Source: Alloascoidea hylecoeti (Eukaryota). From it: a stretch of DNA of 64,000 nucleotides. The stretch lies in NCBI GenBank assembly GCA_001600815.1, contig BCKZ01000003.1, forward strand, positions 500,581-564,580, written 5' to 3'. The position numbers and the translations under genes are program-made. Each line of letters opens with the position of its first letter. The stretch's first letter is position 1. The notes under the pieces are model-generated. The model searched no databases and was not told where the DNA came from. It saw nothing but the letters and a program-made list of their open reading frames with translations. Positions 57,183 to 64,000 of the stretch are shown here, in pieces.

Positions 57183-57980
57183 TTAAAGGCTATCCCAAAT
57201 TTTCACACTATATCTTATTTTTGGAAATAACTTATCTCTCTTAGCTATCATATTCTTTAAGCTAATTTCATCGGTAACTAATAGATTTATATTTCCTGTA
57301 TCATCGACTTCAGATATGCCTCTTCCATAATTAAAGGCTTTTCCTAGGTAAATATCCTGCATAATATCTGTTGTTATTGCTTTGATTCTTAAACGAATAT
57401 TTTCATTTCCATCTTTGTTTTTAATTGTTTCAACTAAGCCTTCAAGATGACCATATCTGAAATTTGTTTCACCTTCGTCTCCAATCTTACAGAGATAAGT
57501 GTGACTTCTGTCGATGTATTCAATTTCCTACTGTTCTGTTACAGTGGTGGCACCAGATTGGATTTGTGTTTTTAGAGAATAAGTTGCAACCACTTGTTTA
57601 CAAGTCCGGCATAAGTAACGATTTTTTGGTGATACCAAAGAATTACCATTAGTGACAATAAGTTTGTTTTTGGCTGTAAAAAATAACCAGATCCCAAAAC
57701 TCATTTCTTTTTCTGTTAAGAAATAATCTTCAACGTTTAAATCGAAACAATTAACACAAAATCGGAACCAACCCCGCAGACCGCCATCACCAACATAAAA
57801 TTCAACACTCTCTTGAAGAACATGGTCCAAATGGTACGGGTCTATGCACCGTTTTTGTGAAGTCAAGAAAATCTGGGTGGTGCTTTCATTAACCGCTGAG
57901 TTAATTTCTACCATTAGTTCTTCTAGTGGAACTTGTGTTATAGTCACCAACCCATTAATATATTCATCGAGATTATCCAT
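57183..57980 (-). pseudogene. Orphan Cys-motif ORF split by one in-frame TAG (150 + 114 codons)
   Basis: After TAG at 57530-57528 the same frame stays open to TAA at 57185-57183 (EIEYIDRSHTYLCKIG...YSVKIWDSL); the first part has CVNC and CRTC. Confidence 0.65.
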
Positions 57981-58659
57981 TGTGGTTCAATTTATGCTTT
58001 GGGTATCTTAAATAATAGGAAATTTGTTCTGAATTATTGTGTGTGTATAGCAAACTTATAATATATTTGAGGTTCATGAGAAGGTGATTTTTTTAAATTA
58101 TGTGAGTCCAACAGCAAGACATTTGATTTCACTGAAAACAACTATTCCTATGTTTTTAGGCGGTATTACTATAGTTTATTTTTCAATATTTTCAAAATCA
58201 ATTGTACCGGTATAGTATTTTACATAGATTTAAATAATCTTAAAGCATAGAAAATAAAACGTATAGGTAATTACAATGTCATGAACCTTATAAGCTAGAA
58301 CAAAGAATAGTCGGCTTCAATTAAACTCATTTTTTTGTTTATCTTATGCTAACAGTCTTTATATCTGTTCATAGCGCTATAGCTATTCTCAAAAATAATA
58401 AACGAAGCTTAAGTGTCTTTGTGTAAATTGGCGATATTTGCCTTAAGTTATTAACTATCTCTTCGGGAATTATTTAAAATTATTTCTGGTATTATACTTT
58501 AAATACGTATTAATTTATATTACTAGGGCTACATATATAACTTATACTACCTTGTGGTGCTTCACATGGCCGAAACTAAGTCAAATAAGTGTGCATTGAT
58601 GAAATATAATCTCTATCAAGAATGTGGAGGATGTAATCAGCATATGAATTAAATATAAT

Positions 58660-59000
58660 GAACTCTCTCAAATCTTTAGAATGAAGACCTTTGCATATTC
58701 TTAGCAGGAATGGTAATTAAAATTTTCAATCGTAGACAAAATATTTGGACACTGACTTTTCTATTCAAAATGTACAATTCTCTTGTTATTAGAAGGGGTT
58801 TTATAATTAGAATTAATTCTGCTGTATTTATGCCATCATTAACAGATGTTTATTTTCAAATTTCATTATCAATATCACCATTCTTAGTAATATCACCATT
58901 CTTAGCAAAAACAGCAAACCTTTTCGAATAAATACAAATTGATGCTTGCTTTAAACATATTTCAAAAGATTTTAAAATTTTATGTTCTTTTAATAATATC
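58660..59000 (-). mobile_element. Possible hAT transposase C-terminal dimerisation relic
   Basis: Frameshifted CPNIL / LKILITIPAKNMQRSSF resembles hAT PNIxxLLxILLTIPxTSASAERSFS; one weak motif. Confidence 0.25.
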
Positions 59001-59269
59001 TAAGATGAATTATAAATACTAATAAATGTAGTTCAATAATAACTTATACTGGTAATTACAGAAATGATTTTATTATTAATTATACATCCCCCGATGTTGC
59101 TTGATACTATTTGGTTAAGGTTTAATTAACCATTTAAGGTTTCGAGGAAATTATGAAAACCAGAGAGCAATGTTGAGATTAATTTGAAAAGAGAAATATT
59201 CTCACTTCACGAAACTTTTACTCTAAAAATATTAACTAATTATTCATCATATATTAGAAGCTGCAACCT

Positions 59270-59313
59270 TTTACCAATCTTTTACCAATCTTTGACCAAT
59301 TTTTTACCAATCT
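59270..59313 (+). repeat. Four 11-bp CCAAT-containing tandem units upstream of the F-box/WD40 gene
   Basis: TTTACCAATCT-like unit x4, followed by ATAACGCAT x2. Confidence 0.8.
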
Positions 59314-59353
59314 TGATAACGCATATAACGCATATTTAAGTACACACACAACA

Positions 59354-60664
59354 ATGAATCTTGAGAATAGAATCAATTTTATTAATTATTTCCCTTGTGA
59401 AATAAATGGTTTAATCTTCAGAAAATTATCAATAAAAACTTTACTTAGCTGTAGAGAACTATCTAAATCATGGAAACAAACAGTTGAATATGATGGTATA
59501 TGGAAATCAAAGTTTGAAGATCAAAAATATTGGAAATACTTTAATGACAATTCAGAAACTGATTCATGGTATGAATTATATAAAGAACGTTATCTTTTAG
59601 ACTTGAATTGGAAAAATGATAATTTTACTGCGCATATACTAAGGGGTCACTCTAGCGGTACAGAGTGCGTGAAATTTTATAAAAACTGGATTATAACTGG
59701 TTCACAGGATTGTACAATTAGAATTTGGGATAGTGAAACATTTCAATGTTTAAAAGTTATAAGTGAACCAGGTCCTGAGATTTTAAAGAAATTAGGTATA
59801 GCACATATAAATCATTTAATTGATCATAAGAGTCTATCACAAACCAAAATATGGGAACTAACAAAAAATTTCGATATTAACTTTCATTTGGATTATGTTA
59901 CCTCTATTGATATTAATGATAAATATATGGTTTCTGGTTCAATGGATGGGGTTTGTATAATTTGGAAATTACCAGATTTTAACCTAATAAGTCGCCTTAA
60001 AATGCCACAAGGTCTTTTTATTTTATCTATAAATGACGTCGCTTTATACAAAGATTATATTGTATGTTATAGTGATAGAGAAATGTGGGTTTGGAAATCA
60101 GATATCGATAATTTAGAAAATCAATTACAGTTTAATTTACAGTACATTTTAGTAGGTAAATCTTGGAAGGATATTTGCATTCATAATGATATTATATATG
60201 GCCATCAATTTGGTGATGTAATAAAATCCTGGAATATTGAAACTGGCCAAATAATCCAAGAATTTCGAGGAGATAAACTAGGGTTCATGACAGTAAAGGA
60301 TCAAAACTTATTTGCTACTATTTACGACAACCAAATAACAGTTCAGGATTTGCAATCAAATAAATTAATAAATATTATACCAGATGATGAAGGATTTATA
60401 TGTTCTATTGTATTATTAATGGTTGATAATAGAATCATTTGTTATGATAATGGATGTACTATTAGGGTTTGGAATTTAAATGATTTAAAATTATTTAAAA
60501 AAATTAAAAAATCAGATCTTCACACCCTACTTTTTCTTGATAATCGTAAATATTCAATTGATGCTGATTCGAAAAAAATGGCTGTTGTTTATGATCCGAA
60601 TGGTGATGTTGTTATTTATGATTATACTAAATATTTAAGGAAAAAATATTTAAAACATTTATAA
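59354..60664 (+). CDS. F-box/WD40 protein (divergent Cdc4/Met30/beta-TrCP-like)
   Basis: F-box FINYFPCEINGLIFRKLSIKTLLSCRELSKSWK; WD repeats LRGHSSGTECV..IITGSQDCTIRIWD and MVSGSMDGVCIIWK; later repeats degenerate. Confidence 0.88.
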   Translation: MNLENRINFINYFPCEINGLIFRKLSIKTLLSCRELSKSWKQTVEYDGIWKSKFEDQKYWKYFNDNSETDSWYELYKERYLLDLNWKNDNFTAHILRGHSSGTECVKFYKNWIITGSQDCTIRIWDSETFQCLKVISEPGPEILKKLGIAHINHLIDHKSLSQTKIWELTKNFDINFHLDYVTSIDINDKYMVSGSMDGVCIIWKLPDFNLISRLKMPQGLFILSINDVALYKDYIVCYSDREMWVWKSDIDNLENQLQFNLQYILVGKSWKDICIHNDIIYGHQFGDVIKSWNIETGQIIQEFRGDKLGFMTVKDQNLFATIYDNQITVQDLQSNKLINIIPDDEGFICSIVLLMVDNRIICYDNGCTIRVWNLNDLKLFKKIKKSDLHTLLFLDNRKYSIDADSKKMAVVYDPNGDVVIYDYTKYLRKKYLKHL

Positions 60665-60777
60665 TTTATTGATAATTGGAAATAGATATCATTGTTACAA
60701 TTGCTCAATTGTAAAGAAATTTTAATTGAAACTAATATCACTATGGCCATTTAAATTTATTAGGTGTTTAATTTTGT

Positions 60778-60862
60778 ACTAATGACGGAATTGAACTCAT
60801 GTTTCCTATCTGCTCCCTCTTGGGCGGTCGAATATTTAGTTCATCAACTGGGCTAATATTAG
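60778..60862 (-). pseudogene. Second degenerate tRNA-like relic
   Basis: Minus strand: CTAAT...ATTAG terminal pairing, A-box-like TAGCCCAGTTGA, B-box-like GAGTTCAATTCC; no clean cloverleaf. Confidence 0.25.
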
Positions 60863-61469
60863 TGAATCAGTCAGCGAATTTTGCCATCGTCAGAATATTA
60901 CTACTGTTCTGTATCCCTAGTGTTGGCCTCGTTTTAGCTTCAGAAAAACTTAGCTAATTAGTCTTAAAAAAACATGTTTTTTTTTCAATCATATATTTAA
61001 TTATTTTAATCAATATATAGATCTACTCTTCCTTGTAAATACATGTAGTAAGAATGAAAATGAGAATTGCAATACAAGCAACTTGAAAGAGAAAATGAAG
61101 TCAAAGCAACAAACGAAAAATAGAACAATACTTTACAAGAATAATTGATCTTAAGGAGTTCCTAGGATTTATCGTAAAGGTATTTTGTATCAAATAAGTG
61201 CTCAAGTAGAAATAAACAGGTACTTCATCGCGATATATTTTGGTAATACTTAATATCTCTTGGAGCTCTAACGGTGAATGAATACTAAGCTTAAGAATTC
61301 CTTTTATGGACTAATATAATCTTTAGTATCCACGTAACATTCTGGACTATTCTGCCCTCAATTATGATTTATGTGGTTATTATTTGGAGGTTGGATGTCA
61401 TGTTGTAAAAACTTTTTCTTTCTTATAAAATTGAATTTCAACCATCTCATCAAATAAAATAATCAAAAA

Positions 61470-62415
61470 ATGTCTTCATTATACAAAGCCCTATCGGCTG
61501 GAAAATCAAAACCAGACCAAAAAGAACACAAGTCGAAGAATAAACAGAGAGTTCTTATAATAACATCAAGAGGTGTTAACTATAGACATCGTCATCTCAT
61601 TAGTGATTTATCATCAATGATGCCTCATGGTCGTAAAGAATCAAAAATTGATTCAAAATCAAAATTATATCAATTAAATGAAATTGCAGAACTTTATAAT
61701 TGTAATAATGTTTTATATTTTGAAGCTAGAAAACATATGGATTTATATATGTGGTTAAGTAAAGCACCAAATGGTCCAACTGCTAAATTTCATGTTCAAA
61801 ATATGCATACTTTAGAAGAATTAAATTTTACTGGAAATTGTTTAAAAGGTTCAAGACCAATTTTATCTTTTGATAAAAGTTTTGAAGATGCTGCTCATAC
61901 TAAATTAATTAAAGAGATGTTTATTCAGGTATGTTCATCCATTATTATTATTATCTTCATTTTCTAAATCACTAACTAAATTTTTTTAGACTTTTGGTGT
62001 TCCTCCTCTAGCACGAAAATCAAAACCATTCATCGATCATGTCATGACATTTAGTATAGTTGATGGAAAAGTTTGGGTTAGAAATTATCAAATCACAGAA
62101 TCTATTAAACAAAAAGAAGCAAATGAATTAGGTGATGAATCTACTAAAAAAGGTGATGAATATGAAACAACATTAGTTGAAATTGGTCCAAGATTTGTTA
62201 TGACTTTAATTACTGTTTTAGAGGGCTCATTTGGTGGTCCAGTTATTTATGAAAATAGAGAATTTGTTTCTCCAAATTTCGTTAGAGCTCAATTAAAAGC
62301 ATCAGAAGCAAAAGAAGCAAAAGGTAGATCTGATGCTGCTATTGCAAGAAAGATTAAAAAGAGAGAATCTGTTCTTGCTGCTGATCCATTAGCTGATAAT
62401 ATCTTATTTAGATAG
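61470..62415 (+). CDS. BRX1: Ribosome biogenesis protein Brx1; exons 61470-61928, 61990-62415
   Basis: NKQRVLIITSRGVNYRHRHL, LNEIAELYNCNN, FTGNCLKGSRP, EIGPRFVMT; intron GTATGT..TAG. Confidence 0.97.
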
Positions 62416-62561
62416 AACCAACCATGTAATTATAGAAAACTACGTATTATTATACTTTTATTTGTTTATATGATATTCATCTGCAATTGTTATTATAATA
62501 TAATAGAACTAGATAACTAAATCGATAAATGTAAGTATATGATTAACTAGTGTGAATTTGT

Positions 62562-62825
62562 TTATTTCTTTTCTGCTTTTTTCAAATAATCCCTATATCT
62601 CCCAAAAATATAAATTAGTTTCAATTCTTTTTGATTAAAATCTTAGAAATTAACTTACAAAATGAACTTTTCTTCTTCAGGACTTGAAGAATTAAGAGGT
62701 GGATATTTTGGGGTTTCTTTTTTTCCCTTTGGAACAATAATAGCGAAAACCAGAGCACCGAGAGTTCCTAAAGCTAACTGATGGGGTAAAACTGATTTAC
62801 CAAAAATTATATATGCGGCACCCAT
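62562..62825 (-). CDS. ATP19: ATP synthase subunit k; exons 62825-62659, 62592-62562
   Basis: MGAAYIIFGKSVLPHQLALGTLG...EEEKFILDYLKKAEKK; intron GTAAGT..TAG; absent from the ORF track. Confidence 0.92.
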
Positions 62826-63023
62826 TTTTTTAAAGATTTTTGATGATTTTTATTGTTTTCAGTTTTGTTTTGGAGGTTTTGAAAAGTATGAACTCCGACT
62901 GTTTTTACTGGGCTGTCCGGCATGCTCATATTTACCCTGACATCTAACTTAAAACACCTTACTTGTTATCTTCACCATCTTAAATCTTAAACATAAACAT
63001 ACACACTGAATGAATAGTTTGAA

Positions 63024-64000
63024 ATGGCTTTGCCACAAGAGCACAGCTACATTCTAAACTATTTAAGGACATCTTTCTTAAAATCTTATGATGATGGTAT
63101 AAGTGATAGAGTTATAAAACCATACTTAGACCCACAAACCATAGATTCCACAAACGATAATAATCAAGATTATGGTAATCATATATTCAATGGTCTAGCA
63201 GATTTACCTGAAAATCTTGCTCAATTATATAAAAGATCAAATTCACCTCCAATACAAAGAGATTTATTTAGTGATGTTAAAGAACGTAAGAAAAATAATA
63301 GAGATCTTACAACACATTCAAAAATTGAAGAACATGAAGATGAAGATGAAGATGTTCATAGTTTTATGAATAATACTGCAAAAGCTTCAACTGGCTTAAC
63401 AAATAACACAAACAATACAAATAATGATAATGGAAATGATAATACTTTAAAAAAACCTGATAGTAATAGTGGTATGCTTGCTGAAAGTTTATCAACAATG
63501 CCTGAAAGTATAGTAACTCCAAAAGTTTCTAAAAATCCAATGAATATTGTTAGATTATTAAGAAAATCTTCTGATAATAATAAAAAAGTTAAAATTGATA
63601 ATAATAATACAACAAGTGAATCAGATTCTGATGAAAGTAGATTATCCTCAATACCTGAAGGTAGTATGATATCTTTACCATCTAATACTGCAAATACTAA
63701 AACACAACATTCTTTTGATACTTTACATCATCCTGCTACATCTTTTATGCCAAAAATTGATGTTATAGAACAACAAAATGATAAAATTGCTGAAAGTTAT
63801 TCAAGTTCAAGTTCTGATTTTGATAATACTGATGAAGATGATGATGATGATGATGACGATGATGATGATAGTGACCTTGATGGTTATGATTCTGATTTTG
63901 ATTTTGAAAGAGCTGCACAAGGAATGAAAATGTTTAAAGGCTCAAATGATGATTATTCAATTTATTCATCAACAGGTGGTGCAAGTAAAAACCAACAACC
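63024..64000 (+). CDS. AVO1: TORC2 subunit Avo1/Sin1, 5' part (runs off the window)
   Basis: MALPQEHSYILNYLRTSFLKSYDDGISDRVIKP matches the fungal Sin1 N-terminus; adjacent to ATP19 as in S. cerevisiae. Confidence 0.85.
   Translation, partial: MALPQEHSYILNYLRTSFLKSYDDGISDRVIKPYLDPQTIDSTNDNNQDYGNHIFNGLADLPENLAQLYKRSNSPPIQRDLFSDVKERKKNNRDLTTHSKIEEHEDEDEDVHSFMNNTAKASTGLTNNTNNTNNDNGNDNTLKKPDSNSGMLAESLSTMPESIVTPKVSKNPMNIVRLLRKSSDNNKKVKIDNNNTTSESDSDESRLSSIPEGSMISLPSNTANTKTQHSFDTLHHPATSFMPKIDVIEQQNDKIAESYSSSSSDFDNTDEDDDDDDDDDDDSDLDGYDSDFDFERAAQGMKMFKGSNDDYSIYSSTGGASKNQQ

Overview
Very AT-rich, moderately intron-rich budding-yeast (Saccharomycotina) chromosome segment; short 48-104 nt introns with relaxed splice signals suggest an early-diverging lineage (inference). 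Core genes: an RGD2-family RhoGAP, two BEM1 paralogs, MUK1 plus a YPL071C-like partner, a YJR096W-type aldo-keto reductase, NIC96, YPI1, MHF1, ROT2, a mutarotase, MRPS9, a LYRM2-like gene, MDM20, BRX1, ATP19 and the start of AVO1. These are interrupted by four accessory blocks (about 3.7-8.4, 15.1-23, 25.7-33.3 and 55.3-61.3 kb) holding at least five decayed fragments of one Ty1/copia family, other relics, and intronless orphan-like genes (divergent GATA finger, two F-box proteins, KduD-like SDR, a stop-interrupted Cys-motif ORF). Best leads: (1) a Tsc10-like probable pseudoenzyme fused to a ~1150-aa acidic tail; (2) two BEM1 paralogs with complementary domain loss; (3) an unassigned ~400-nt highly structured RNA candidate upstream of MRPS9 with a telomerase-template-like repeat; (4) sharp GC islands that cut through coding sequence. 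All homology calls come from motif recognition by eye and remembered reference sequences, not database searches.
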